Assembly (NCBI GenBank): GCA_963662865.1
Contig: OY759969.1
Location: forward strand, 1,583,891 to 1,647,890
DNA: 64,000 nt
DNA from: Gammaproteobacteria bacterium
Lineage (GTDB): Bacteria > Pseudomonadota > Gammaproteobacteria > JAJDYQ01
Direction of reading: 5' to 3'
Numbering within the stretch: position 1 is the first letter of the stretch; each line of letters begins with the position of its first letter. Below, piece after piece: positions 54,322 to 64,000 of this stretch. The notes beneath the pieces were generated by a model. That model was given only the letters and a program-made list of their open reading frames with translations, made no database searches and had not been told where the DNA came from. A program made the translations under genes and the position numbers.

Positions 54322-55590
54322 ATGAATAAGCAAATTCTGGCAGCGGCCATCGCCGCCGGCCTGATGGCACCGGGGCTGGCTGTGGCGGACATCAAGATCT
54401 TCGGCCAGATCCAGGCCGAGACTGGCAGCCTTGAACGTGAAGGCAATGTTAATCCCGATGTTGACTATGTCCGTACCGACAATGTGGTCGGTTCCATCAA
54501 GGGCGGCGGTTCCAATGCCTTTGGCGTCAAGGGTGAAGAAAAGCTGGGCAGTGACCTGACCGCCTATTTCATGTTCAACAACGCCTTTTCCACCTTTGAT
54601 GGCGATACTCTCGCCAGTAGAGACGGAGAAAATTCGGGCGCTATCACGGCTCGGGACCGCTATGTGGGCCTCAAGGGCGACGGCTGGCATGTGCAGTTCG
54701 GCCGTATGAACGCCCTGTACAAGACCGCTTCGCACCGCTATGACCCCTTCCTTGCTACGGGCCTGCAATCGCGTGCCAACGGCGGTACGTCCGGTGGCCA
54801 TAACGGCTTCATCAACGATGTCGCACGTGTCGGTATCAAGTCCGGCGGCCTGAGCGCGGGTATCGAAGTCAAATGGGAAGACGCCTACGGTGAGGACACC
54901 CCTCAATCCGGTGGTGATACAAGGGGACTCAACACGGTTGATAGCGGTTCCTGGACAGGTAATATCAAATACGGTGAAAAAGACTGGGAAGTAGGTATGG
55001 CCTATATTGATTTCTCCTACCATGAATATACCCCGGCTACAGGTGCCCTTATCTCCCAGAATTCGGGCCCGACTGGAGCAGTTTCGCAACTCGATCCCGA
55101 AGATCCGGTACCGGCCGGTGCAATAGTCCTTGAAGAGGCACAAGCCGCTGAGGAAGATGAAGGCGATGCCAATGCCTGGAAAATCCATGGCAAATACAAT
55201 GTCGGTGCCTTCTCTCTGCGTGCGCAATACGAGCGGGTCAAGGTCGATGATGAGATTACCGGGCGACGCGGCGATGGTGGCAGTACGATAGTAGGTCTGG
55301 AAGGCGGCGACAGCGCGGAAACATACAGCTCGCTGTATGTCAGCGTGGTTTACAAGATTCAGGGCAGCACCAGCCTCATGGGTCACTTTGCGGATACCGA
55401 GTGGGAAGATGTCAGCGGCGAAACAGCAGACTACGATGTCGAAGGCAGGCATTGGGCCGTTGGTGTGCGGCACGACCTGTCCAAGCGCACTCATGTCTAT
55501 GGCGGTTACATGGACAATGATTATGACTATTCCGATAACCAGGACGATGAAATCACCGGCTGGGCGATCGGCATGCGCCACAAGTTCTAA
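54322..55590 (+). CDS. Gram-negative porin
   Basis: Signal peptide MNKQILAAAIAA; IFGQI, FGVKGEEKLG, RDRYVGLKG, HDLSKRT, IGMRHKF. Confidence 0.93.
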   Translation: MNKQILAAAIAAGLMAPGLAVADIKIFGQIQAETGSLEREGNVNPDVDYVRTDNVVGSIKGGGSNAFGVKGEEKLGSDLTAYFMFNNAFSTFDGDTLASRDGENSGAITARDRYVGLKGDGWHVQFGRMNALYKTASHRYDPFLATGLQSRANGGTSGGHNGFINDVARVGIKSGGLSAGIEVKWEDAYGEDTPQSGGDTRGLNTVDSGSWTGNIKYGEKDWEVGMAYIDFSYHEYTPATGALISQNSGPTGAVSQLDPEDPVPAGAIVLEEAQAAEEDEGDANAWKIHGKYNVGAFSLRAQYERVKVDDEITGRRGDGGSTIVGLEGGDSAETYSSLYVSVVYKIQGSTSLMGHFADTEWEDVSGETADYDVEGRHWAVGVRHDLSKRTHVYGGYMDNDYDYSDNQDDEITGWAIGMRHKF

Positions 55591-55617
55591 GGATTGCTTC
55601 CAATCCGATGAACATGG

Positions 55618-55647
55618 AAACGGGGCCTTATGGCCCCGTTTTCTTTT
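55618..55647 (+). terminator. intrinsic terminator after porin 2
   Basis: AAACGGGGCC-TTAT-GGCCCCGTTTTCTTTT. Confidence 0.88.
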
Positions 55648-55758
55648 AAGGGAAGCCCTGCACAGCACCAAAACACTCAAAGCGGACCGATTTAATGTTC
55701 GCCACCAAGACATGAATAAAGACTTGCTGACCATGGGAGACGCCATATAATGATGGCT

Positions 55759-56139
55759 ATGGGCACCATGCAAAGAGAAATCTACGACGCATTCATCGAG
55801 GCAGGCGTATCGGAATCAAAGGCCAGGGCCGCTGCGGAAGTGATAACCGAATACCGCAAAGCAGATGAAGTAGCCACCAAGGTGGATATAGCGGAGCTCA
55901 GGTCTGATTTCGCTGAACTCAAGTCTGAATTCGCAGAGCTCAAGTCTGATTTCGCGGAGCTCAAGTCTGAATTCGCAGAGCTCAAGACTGAATTCGCAGA
56001 GCTCAAGACTGAATTCGCAGAGCTCAAATCTGAATTCAAGGTAGAGATGGCGAATCTTGAGACCAGATTGACCCGTTTTATCATTGTGACAAATGGAATT
56101 GTCATTGGTCTTGTCGTTGGGCTGATCAAGATAATTTGA
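55759..56139 (+). CDS. DUF1640/CCDC90-like small protein (copy D) with seven 21-bp stalk units
   Basis: MGTMQREIYDAFIEAG aligns with copies A and B; VATKVDI neck; seven AELK(S/T)(E/D)F-type heptads; C-terminal TM. Confidence 0.82.
   Translation: MGTMQREIYDAFIEAGVSESKARAAAEVITEYRKADEVATKVDIAELRSDFAELKSEFAELKSDFAELKSEFAELKTEFAELKTEFAELKSEFKVEMANLETRLTRFIIVTNGIVIGLVVGLIKII
55891..56037. repeat. seven tandem 21-bp heptad-coding units
   Basis: GCAGAGCTCAAGTCTGAATTC and variants, 7 x 21 = 147 bp. Confidence 0.93.
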
Positions 56140-56424
56140 AGCGATACTGTTCGCTGTCTTGACATAACAACGGCCGAAAACCGCAAGAAGCGACCTTTTT
56201 TCAAAACACATCTATACCTGCGCATCTTCCTCCAACCCGGACTTCGACGGCCGGTACGCGCACCCTGTGACCTCAACTGTGAGGCAGCCCGCATTACGTC
56301 ATGGCTGAGCAGTTCGTACCAGCCTTATAAACTCCTGATTATTGACTACCTGTGACTCTTGGAGAGAGTTGAGCAAGTCACTATAGCGGAGGTCTCATAC
56401 TGCTTTTATCTAGAATACCTGTAA

Positions 56425-56479
56425 TATCAATCAGTTACATCAATATACAGCTACATAAATATACAGTTACATTAAAATC
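56425..56479. repeat. IHF-consensus site overlapping three 16-bp tandem repeats
   Basis: TATCAATCAGTTA matches WATCAANNNNTTR; CAGTTACATCAATATA / CAGCTACATAAATATA / CAGTTACATTAAAATC from 56432. Confidence 0.65.
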
Positions 56480-56535
56480 CCTTTTTCCACATAGTCCAGC
56501 CTCCATTAAATCACTGAAACTGAAGAGGAAAAACG

Positions 56536-56835
56536 ATGAATATAGCAAGATGTATCGGAGGTCTTGTATTGTTGTTCAGCCTGGCGTGTCCGGCTGCCTA
56601 CGCAGAAAAACTGAATATCAATACCGCCAATGCTCAAACGATTGCAGACGGCATGAAAGGCGTGGGCATGAAACGCGCCCAGGCTATTATTGATTATCGA
56701 GAGAAAAACGGTCCGTTTGCCAGTATTGATGACCTGATCCATATCAAAGGGATCGGCCCTAAAACCCTGGAAACCAATCGAGATAATCTGGCACTGGAAG
56801 ACCCAGCGCAGGCTGACAAGCCCACTGCAGAGTGA
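56536..56835 (+). CDS. comEA: ComEA-family helix-hairpin-helix DNA-binding protein
   Basis: Signal peptide; LNINTA...KGVGMKRAQAIIDYREKNGPF.SIDDL..IKGIG. Confidence 0.9.
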   Translation: MNIARCIGGLVLLFSLACPAAYAEKLNINTANAQTIADGMKGVGMKRAQAIIDYREKNGPFASIDDLIHIKGIGPKTLETNRDNLALEDPAQADKPTAE

Positions 56836-56877
56836 ACCATGCCCCACGTGCGGCGGTCACGCATCGTGGGGTTCCTT

Positions 56878-57819
56878 TCAGCTAAAGTCCAGCCTGTCTC
56901 CAAACTCGGCTTTATATCGTGTGCCGATATCTCGCTTTGAGGGCTTGTGATTCTGAGTTCCCTCATATTCTATCTTTATGCTGGCTATCAGTGAGGCAAT
57001 CCGTCCGGTTATTTCCCAACCCAGACTATTCAGAAGTCCATACAATAGCCCGCCACGATAGGCGTCACCGCATCCGGTCGGGTCCCTGATTTGCGCAACT
57101 CTGATATTGGGAATAACAATTTCAGCGCCGTTGCTGTAAATGACCGAACCCTCTGCGCCTCGGGTCACAATGAGCGCATCGATCTGTTCGGCAATTTCCT
57201 TTTCCGAATAGCCGGTACGCTCCCGCATCAGATGTAGTTCATAATCATTGACTGCGACCCATGTGGCCTGCCGGATAAACGCCTTGAGTTCTTCTCCATC
57301 AAACATGGGTGTCCCCTGGCCGGGGTCGAAGATGAACGGTATCCCCGCATCGGCAAACTGCCGCGCATGTTCAATCATGCCTCGGCGACCATCGGGAGAA
57401 ACAATACCTATCTTGATATCAGCATCACGGGGCACCTGATTAATATGGGATTCATTCATGGCGCCGGGATGAAAGGCCGTTATCTGGTTATCGTCTTCAT
57501 CCGTTGTGATAAACGCCTGGCCGGTATAGTTGTCCTCAATAACCGCCAAGTATCGCCGGTTTATGCCGCAACGGTCCATCCAGTCCGCGTAAGGCCGGAA
57601 GTCATGTCCAACCGCTCCCATCGGCAGTGCATCATCACACAGCAAATTGAGATTATATGCGATATTTCCCGCGCAGCCGCCAAACTCCTTTCTCATACCC
57701 GGCACCAGAAAAGAGACATTCAGCATATGAACCTTGTCGGGCAGGATATGGTTTTTGAATTTATCGCGAAACACCATAATAGTGTCATAGGCAAAGGAAC
57801 CGCAAATCAGCACAGACAT
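56878..57819 (-). CDS. PfkB-family carbohydrate kinase (adenosine kinase-like)
   Basis: GGCAGNIAY, FDPGQ, DPTGCGDAYRGG. Confidence 0.9.
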   Translation of the reverse strand: MSVLICGSFAYDTIMVFRDKFKNHILPDKVHMLNVSFLVPGMRKEFGGCAGNIAYNLNLLCDDALPMGAVGHDFRPYADWMDRCGINRRYLAVIEDNYTGQAFITTDEDDNQITAFHPGAMNESHINQVPRDADIKIGIVSPDGRRGMIEHARQFADAGIPFIFDPGQGTPMFDGEELKAFIRQATWVAVNDYELHLMRERTGYSEKEIAEQIDALIVTRGAEGSVIYSNGAEIVIPNIRVAQIRDPTGCGDAYRGGLLYGLLNSLGWEITGRIASLIASIKIEYEGTQNHKPSKRDIGTRYKAEFGDRLDFS

Positions 57820-57837
57820 GAAAAACCTGAAAATATC

Positions 57838-58209
57838 CTAAAAATATGCGGGGTAAAGAATCATAAACCAAGTGGATATAACCAGTATCAGCGAGATCAA
57901 TACGGCAGCAGCGCCCATATCCTTGGCGCGGCCCGCCAGTTCATGGCGTTCACCTTCAATCCGATCAACGACGGCTTCCACCGCAGAATTAAGTAATTCG
58001 ACAATCAGTACCAACAGGACCACGACAACAAGCAATGCCTTTTCCAGCGAACCAGGCCCCAGATAAACGCCAGCAGGAATCATAAAAACCGCTAGCAATA
58101 GTTCCTGCCGGAAAGCAGCTTCATGTTTGAAGGCGGCCTTTAATCCGAGCAGGGCATAGTCAAAGGCGTGAATAATGCGGACAAGACCTGTCTTTCCAGG
58201 TTTGGACAC
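57838..58209 (-). CDS. dgkA: diacylglycerol kinase
   Basis: EAAFRQE, ELLNSAVEAVVDRI, AKDMGAAAV. Confidence 0.95.
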   Translation of the reverse strand: MSKPGKTGLVRIIHAFDYALLGLKAAFKHEAAFRQELLLAVFMIPAGVYLGPGSLEKALLVVVVLLVLIVELLNSAVEAVVDRIEGERHELAGRAKDMGAAAVLISLILVISTWFMILYPAYF

Positions 58210-58217
58210 CGTTTGGG

Positions 58218-59699
58218 CTACGCAACTTTATTATCGACCTGTTCATTCACCTGGTCCGGATTCCAGGTCAGGTTCAGTTCCCGGGCGGCCTTGACGTCAT
58301 CTACCCGTCTCAACGGTGTGCTCGCTGGCGCCGCCTTTAATATTTCGACGTTAGTGTGGGCCTCTTCATCAATCAGCCGCATGGCTTTGACAAAGTCATC
58401 AAGCGTGTCCTTATCTTCCGTCTCCGTAGGTTCAATCAGCAGACACTCCGGCACCAGTAACGGAAAGTATGTCGTTGGTGCATGGTGACCATAGTCCAGC
58501 AGCCGCTTTGCGTAGTCCATTGCAGTTGCATTGTGCTCCTTTGCCTGACGCTTAAGGGTCACAATAAATTCATGCGTCGCCCTGCGACCGTCAAATGCCA
58601 GATCAAAGCCATTATCCTGCATGCGTTTCATCAGGTAGTTCGCATTCAACGTGGCAAATTCGGCAGCGCGCTGCATACCTTCCCTGCCCAGCATGCGAAT
58701 GTAAACGTAGGCGCGCAGCAGAACGCCAGCGTTTCCGCCAAAGGCGGACAAGTGACCAATCGTCCCGGGCATGTCATTTTCATCGGCCCAGCGATAGCCA
58801 TCTTCCTCTTCTATGACGTGGGGGACTGGCAGATACGGCACCAGTCGCTCACTGACGCCGACAGCCGCCGATCCTGGCCCACCACCTCCATGGGGGGTAG
58901 AAAAGGTTTTATGCAGGTTCAAGTGAATCGCGTCAAATCCCATATCCCCGGGACGGGCCTTACCGAGAATCGCATTCAGGTTTGCGCCATCGTAATACAG
59001 TAGGCCGCCCGCCTCGTGAACCGTTTTCGATATCTCCATAATCCGGCGCTCAAATACACCAAGCGTCGAGGGATTGGTCAACATCAGGCCAGCGGTTTGC
59101 GGCCCAACCATCGCCCGCAGGACTCCCAGGTCAACGTCACCCTCTTTATTGGTTGGAATTTCTCTGACCTTCATGCCGCACATAATCGCCGTCGCCGGAT
59201 TGGTGCCGTGCGCTGCATCAGGGACCAGCACTTCAGTACGATTATCATCACCACGCGCCTGATGATACGCCCGTATCATGGCCATACCGGCAAACTCGCC
59301 CTGGGCGCCCGCCATACCGGCCAGCGATATTTTCCGCATACCGGTAACGTCAGCCAGTATTTCCTGCAATTCATAAAGACAGCTCAGATACCCTTGAGAA
59401 ACATTATTCTGGCTCAAGGGATGGCGCCCCAGAAAACCCGGCAGCATGGCCAGACTGTTACAGGCCCGAGGATTGTATTTCATGGTGCAGGAACCCAATG
59501 GGTAAAAGTGTGTGTCGATTGAGAAATTCTTCTGCGATAGCTGCGTATAGTGGCGAACTGCCTGCAATTCAGATACCTCGGGCAACATTGGCTGGTCCTC
59601 GCGCAGCATGGATTTGGGGATATCGCCTGTCTCTATCTGATTGACAGGGGCCTGACCACCGGCCTGACGACCAGCAGATGATTTTTCAAATATCAGCAT
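58218..59699 (-). CDS. gcvPB: glycine dehydrogenase subunit 2
   Basis: [38 protein letters not shown]. Confidence 0.96.
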   Translation of the reverse strand: MLIFEKSSAGRQAGGQAPVNQIETGDIPKSMLREDQPMLPEVSELQAVRHYTQLSQKNFSIDTHFYPLGSCTMKYNPRACNSLAMLPGFLGRHPLSQNNVSQGYLSCLYELQEILADVTGMRKISLAGMAGAQGEFAGMAMIRAYHQARGDDNRTEVLVPDAAHGTNPATAIMCGMKVREIPTNKEGDVDLGVLRAMVGPQTAGLMLTNPSTLGVFERRIMEISKTVHEAGGLLYYDGANLNAILGKARPGDMGFDAIHLNLHKTFSTPHGGGGPGSAAVGVSERLVPYLPVPHVIEEEDGYRWADENDMPGTIGHLSAFGGNAGVLLRAYVYIRMLGREGMQRAAEFATLNANYLMKRMQDNGFDLAFDGRRATHEFIVTLKRQAKEHNATAMDYAKRLLDYGHHAPTTYFPLLVPECLLIEPTETEDKDTLDDFVKAMRLIDEEAHTNVEILKAAPASTPLRRVDDVKAARELNLTWNPDQVNEQVDNKVA

Positions 59700-59702
59700 A
59701 AT

Positions 59703-60227
59703 TTACTCTTTGGAATCGCCGCCTTCCATATCAAGTGCCGCAAGAGCCGCATCGTAATCCGGCTCATCGGCAATCTCTTTGACTAACTGCGTGTAAATCG
59801 CCTTCCCGCTGGAATCCAGCACCACTACGCCACGTGCAGTAATACCGGCCAGCGGACCATCTTCTATCAGTATGCCATAGTCCCTGGCAAAATTCCGAGA
59901 GCGCATCATCGACAGGGGAACAACATCTTCCAGGTCTTCCGCACCGCAAAAGCGTCCTTGGGCAAAGGGCAGGTCCGCGGAGATAACAAGAATCACAGCA
60001 TCTCCGTGTGCAGTGGCAAGTTCATTAAATTTCCTGGTGGACGTTGCGCAGGTCGGTGTATCCAGGCTGGGAACAATATTCATTATGATTTTCTTTCCGG
60101 CAAAGTCGGACAGCTTTTTGTTTGCAAGGTCCCCATCCACCAGGGTGAAATCGGGGGCCTGCGCACCCACAGCCGGTAAATCGCCATTGGTGTGTAATTC
60201 ATTTCCCTGTAATGTCACTATCGCCAT
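59703..60227 (-). CDS. tpx: thiol peroxidase
   Basis: [28 protein letters not shown]. Confidence 0.95.
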   Translation of the reverse strand: MAIVTLQGNELHTNGDLPAVGAQAPDFTLVDGDLANKKLSDFAGKKIIMNIVPSLDTPTCATSTRKFNELATAHGDAVILVISADLPFAQGRFCGAEDLEDVVPLSMMRSRNFARDYGILIEDGPLAGITARGVVVLDSSGKAIYTQLVKEIADEPDYDAALAALDMEGGDSKE

Positions 60228-60247
60228 GTTCGCTACTCCATTAGGTT

Positions 60248-61648
60248 CTATGTGAATTTAGGCCTGACCGGGCAAGGCACCTTTGATTGCAGCCCAACAA
60301 CCCGTTCAAGCAGTTCAATGTATTTGTTGATATCTGCATCGGTTTTTGTTTCTGTGGCACACACCAGCAAACATCCTTTCAGGTCAGGATATTCATTCGA
60401 CAGATCATAACCCGCCTGAATGCCATGGGCCGACATGCTGCGCAATATCCCAGCAACTTCACAACTCAGATCCAGCACGACTTCATGAAACGTCGGTCCG
60501 GCAAATCTTACGCGCACGCCAGAAATACTTTGTAGCCCGGCAACCAGCTTCCGCAAATTACCATGACAGGCAGAGGCTACTTGCTGCAACCCCTTTGCTC
60601 CCATGATTGACATGTAAATTGTCGAAGCGGTAACTACAAGCCCCTGATTGGTACAAATATTGGAGGTCGCCTTGGAGCGACGAATATGCTGTTCTCTTGC
60701 TTGCAAGGTGAGTGCATAACCAGGTTTTCCGTCCATATCCACGGTCTTGCCGACTATCCTACCGGGCATCTGGCGAATTATGGCCTGTTTGCAGGTCATA
60801 AAGCCATAATAAGGACCGCCGGAAGAGAGTGGCGCACCAAGGGGCTGCCCTTCGCCGCAGGCAATGTCAGCCCCCTGTTTCCCCCATTGGCCCGGCGGCT
60901 TCAATAGAGACATGGCCAGCGGGTTTACTACAGCAATCACCAATGCTTTGTTTGCATGCGCCCAATCGGTCATTTGATCCGCAGCTTCCAACTGCCCGAA
61001 AAAATTGGGCTGGTTAATCACTACCGCAGCGTTACTTTTATCCGGCCACTGTTCCAGCTCTGCGATATCGGTGAACCCGGTTTCCTTATCGAACGGAATT
61101 TCAACTAACTCAATGCCTTGCCGGTGTGTCAGCGTATGCGCCACTTTGCGATAGGTCGGATGCAGGGCACCCGGAACAAGAACTCTGCGGGAACCGGACT
61201 TGCGGTTTGCCCTGACCGCCATGAGTATGGCTTCAGCCAGTGCGCTCGCTCCGTCATACAGAGAGGCGTTTGATACATCCATACCCATAAGCGAGGCCAT
61301 CATGGTCTGATATTCATAAAGTAATTGCAACGTACCCTGGCTTGCTTCGGCCTGATATGGCGTATAAGCGCTGTAAAACTCGCCGCGCGTAGCCACTTCC
61401 CATACCGCAGCCGGGATATGATGCTCATATGCGCCCGCACCGATAAAATTCAGCGTCCCACCGTCCCGTGCCGCACATTCATGCATGATGCGCGACACTT
61501 CCATCTCTCCTATGCCCGAGGGTACCTTTTTCAGCCCGCCTATACGCAGTTTCGCCGGGATTTCATCAAACAGATCATCAATGCTGTCAGCACCAATGAC
61601 CTCAAGCATCTGACGGACATTTTCTTCAGTATGCGGAATAAAAGGCAT
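60248..61648 (-). CDS. gcvPA: glycine dehydrogenase subunit 1
   Basis: [36 protein letters not shown]. Confidence 0.96.
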   Translation of the reverse strand: MPFIPHTEENVRQMLEVIGADSIDDLFDEIPAKLRIGGLKKVPSGIGEMEVSRIMHECAARDGGTLNFIGAGAYEHHIPAAVWEVATRGEFYSAYTPYQAEASQGTLQLLYEYQTMMASLMGMDVSNASLYDGASALAEAILMAVRANRKSGSRRVLVPGALHPTYRKVAHTLTHRQGIELVEIPFDKETGFTDIAELEQWPDKSNAAVVINQPNFFGQLEAADQMTDWAHANKALVIAVVNPLAMSLLKPPGQWGKQGADIACGEGQPLGAPLSSGGPYYGFMTCKQAIIRQMPGRIVGKTVDMDGKPGYALTLQAREQHIRRSKATSNICTNQGLVVTASTIYMSIMGAKGLQQVASACHGNLRKLVAGLQSISGVRVRFAGPTFHEVVLDLSCEVAGILRSMSAHGIQAGYDLSNEYPDLKGCLLVCATETKTDADINKYIELLERVVGLQSKVPCPVRPKFT

Positions 61649-61678
61649 ATCAATTTCCCTTGGATGATCGTAACAACA

Positions 61679-62068
61679 CTATTTTTCCTCGCAAAAAGCC
61701 TCGTAGGCCTCCGCATTCATCAGCCCTTCGAGTGCTTCTGCGTCATCAGCGCGTAGTTGAAATATCCAGCCCTCCCCATAGGGGTCATCATTGACCAGTT
61801 CAGGTTTATCGGTCAGATTGCTATTGCTATCCAAAATCTCGCCACCGACCGGGCTGTAAATATCAGAAGCCGCTTTAACCGACTCAACAACGGCACAGGC
61901 CTCTTCAGCTTCAAACCTGGCACCTGTTTCGGGCGTTTCAACAAATACCATATCGCCCAGGGCGGCCTGCGCATGGTCAGTAATACCAACAATGACCAGA
62001 CCACCGTCTTCAGCTCTGACCCACTCGTGACTCTTGCTATACTTTAAGTCGTCAGGGATTTTACTCAT
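61679..62068 (-). CDS. gcvH: glycine cleavage system H protein
   Basis: HEW, GITDHAQ, lipoyl-Lys motif VESVKAASD. Confidence 0.97.
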   Translation of the reverse strand: MSKIPDDLKYSKSHEWVRAEDGGLVIVGITDHAQAALGDMVFVETPETGARFEAEEACAVVESVKAASDIYSPVGGEILDSNSNLTDKPELVNDDPYGEGWIFQLRADDAEALEGLMNAEAYEAFCEEK

Positions 62069-62083
62069 TGTTAATCTCCAGAA

Positions 62084-63169
62084 TTATAGTTCGATACAGA
62101 TTTTGCCATTTCTGACAAATGGCGGTTTCACAATTCTCGCTTGCAAATGTTTATCTCTCACCTCCACCTCACAGGTTTCACTGTCCCCCTTCGGAATTCG
62201 AGCAAAACCGATTGAACGGTTAAGTGTGGGAGAAAATCCGCCACTGGTCAATTCGCCCTGCCCCTCTACCGTCAGCACCTTTTGATGGGTGCGCATCACT
62301 CCCTTGCCTTCCAGCAGCACTCCTACAAAGCGCCTTCCCACACCGTCGGTCTTCTGTCGCTCAAGCGCCTTGCGGCCAATAAAGTCACGCTCCACCAGCT
62401 CCCAGGCAATCGTCCAGCCCAGCCCCGACTCCAGCGGGCTCGTTGACTCGTCCATATCCATACCGTACAGATTCATACCCGCTTCAAGGCGCAGGGTATC
62501 ACGAGCTCCCAAGCCACAGGGCTTTACGCCTTCCTTGACTAAGTTATTCCAGAAACCGGCAGCTTCAGCTTCCGGCAATGTGATTTCAAAACCGTCTTCG
62601 CCCGTATAACCTGTGCGTGCAATGAACCAATCACCGCAAAACGCACCAACAAAGGCTGCCAGTTCATCGGCAATCCGCCTGGCTTCCCCGGACATGGCCT
62701 GCATGGCTTTTTGCCGTGCATTTGGCCCCTGGATTGCTATCATAGCGAGATCATCACGCACCCGCATAGCAACACCGTCATCAAGCCGGGATTTTATCCA
62801 AGCCACATCTTTTTCGGTAGTGCCGGCATTGATTACCATGCGGTAATACTGCCTGTCAATGAAATAAACAATCAGATCGTCAATAACGCCGCCGTCCTCT
62901 CGCAACATACAGCTATAAAGCGCTTTGCCCGGCGCCTTCAGTCTGGCTATATCATTAGCCAGCAGGCGGCGCAGAAATGCCTGAACGGCGTCGCCCCGTA
63001 AATCAATGACGGTCATGTGTGAAACGTCAAACATGCCTGCGTCCCGGCGAACAAAATGATGTTCATCCCTTTGCGAACCATAATGCAGCGGCATATCCCA
63101 ACCAGCAAAATCGACCATCCTGCCGCCAGCATCACGATGAATCTGATTAAGCGCTGTTCGTTGCGTCAT
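62084..63169 (-). CDS. gcvT: glycine cleavage system aminomethyltransferase T
   Basis: FAGWDMP, FDVSHM, RTGYTGEDGFE, GLGARDTLRLEAG. Confidence 0.97.
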   Translation of the reverse strand: MTQRTALNQIHRDAGGRMVDFAGWDMPLHYGSQRDEHHFVRRDAGMFDVSHMTVIDLRGDAVQAFLRRLLANDIARLKAPGKALYSCMLREDGGVIDDLIVYFIDRQYYRMVINAGTTEKDVAWIKSRLDDGVAMRVRDDLAMIAIQGPNARQKAMQAMSGEARRIADELAAFVGAFCGDWFIARTGYTGEDGFEITLPEAEAAGFWNNLVKEGVKPCGLGARDTLRLEAGMNLYGMDMDESTSPLESGLGWTIAWELVERDFIGRKALERQKTDGVGRRFVGVLLEGKGVMRTHQKVLTVEGQGELTSGGFSPTLNRSIGFARIPKGDSETCEVEVRDKHLQARIVKPPFVRNGKICIEL

Positions 63170-63315
63170 TGCCGACTCCTGTAAAATAAAACCATATGAA
63201 CATTATTGTACCGCCAAAATCAATAATCCCAAATCTAAATAAAGCCGGAGACCGGCAATGCCATCCCCAGATAGTGACAGGCTATGCCCGCATTAATAAG
63301 CGGGTCCCGCATGGC

Positions 63316-64000
63316 TTACCCTATGGCCTTACGAACAAGGGCGTTCTTGATCGGCACAAGCCCGTTGACAATATTTAACCCGGCATTACGCAAGTGTGCA
63401 AGCACTAACTGATCGTTACTGAACAGACGATTAATCACGTCAAACGAGCCCTGCATGAAACAGTTGTCGCCCTTACGTGAGCGCTCATAGGCCCGCAGTA
63501 CGCGCTGGCTGCCGATATCCCGCCCTTTTGCAATGGCTTCGATTATCTGCCGCGAGAGCGCCGATACATCAAGCAGACCCAGGTTTAGCCCCTGTCCCGC
63601 AAGCGGATGCACCGTATGTGCAGCATCGGCTATCAGGGCAACCCTGTTTGCAACGTAGCGGCTGGCATGAACAAGTTTTAATAAAAACTTTGCTCGAGGT
63701 CCTGTTGCATTAATACGGCCAAGACGCCGCTGAAAATCAGCCATCAGGCATTCGGCAAACTTTTCCCCTGGCATATTACATAAATCTCCCGCCCGTTGTT
63801 CCGATACTGACCAGACGATAGAGCACCATGGCCTTTTCATGGGCAAAAAAGCCAATGGTCCCTCCGGCAGGAATCGTTGCCAGGCAGTATCGGCATGATT
63901 GATTTCGGTCTCGACGGTGGCAACCACAGCCTGTTGGCGATAGTGCCAGCTAACGGTATCAATACCGGCCAATTGCCTGACAGGGGATTGTGCGCCGTCC
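63316..64000 (-). CDS. ubiI: UbiH/UbiF/VisC-family FAD-dependent hydroxylase (3' part; runs off window end)
   Basis: AWQRFL..GPLAFLP; DAAHTVHPLAGQGLNLG; position upstream of gcvT. Confidence 0.8.
   Translation of the reverse strand, partial: DGAQSPVRQLAGIDTVSWHYRQQAVVATVETEINHADTAWQRFLPEGPLAFLPMKRPWCSIVWSVSEQRAGDLCNMPGEKFAECLMADFQRRLGRINATGPRAKFLLKLVHASRYVANRVALIADAAHTVHPLAGQGLNLGLLDVSALSRQIIEAIAKGRDIGSQRVLRAYERSRKGDNCFMQGSFDVINRLFSNDQLVLAHLRNAGLNIVNGLVPIKNALVRKAIG

Noticed and set aside
54286-55773. 495-aa minus-strand ORF
   Set aside because: Antisense shadow of porin 2.
63170-63315. Glycine riboswitch upstream of gcvT
   Set aside because: No recognisable aptamer motifs on the minus strand.

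Overview
A 64 kb chromosomal window from a gammaproteobacterium. A sulfur-globule-family protein suggests a sulfur oxidiser, and a giant Calx-beta adhesin plus eroded mobile/defence remnants suggest a host-associated lifestyle (both inferences). Most of the window is housekeeping: ispG (partial), rpoH-hsp20-degQ, polA, serS, rnfABCDGE-nth, nusB-rib-nrdR-glyA, ffh, thiC, pdxH, aspS, ispH-thiO, gcvT-H-PA-tpx-PB, partial ubiI and three tRNAs. The unexplained structure is concentrated in five places. (1) Between nth and nusB lie an internally deleted DNA methyltransferase, an HNH nuclease, an IS5 remnant and two identical 36-38 bp repeats shaped like type II-C CRISPR repeats. The repeats enclose a ~740 bp phage-like cassette with a promoter, two small genes and a long hairpin. 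(2) A dispersed family of small head/neck/coiled-coil/membrane-anchor (DUF1640/CCDC90-like) genes has 21-bp stalk repeats. Three members have leaderless promoter geometry, and four sit next to two porin genes. (3) A 2857-aa autotransporter-like adhesin has a 25-nt poly-C tract in its 5' region and compositionally distinct variable loops. (4) An eroded TPP riboswitch precedes thiC. (5) A CIRCE operator overlaps a sigmaE-like promoter upstream of rpoH. All family calls come from motif recognition by eye; no database searches were run.
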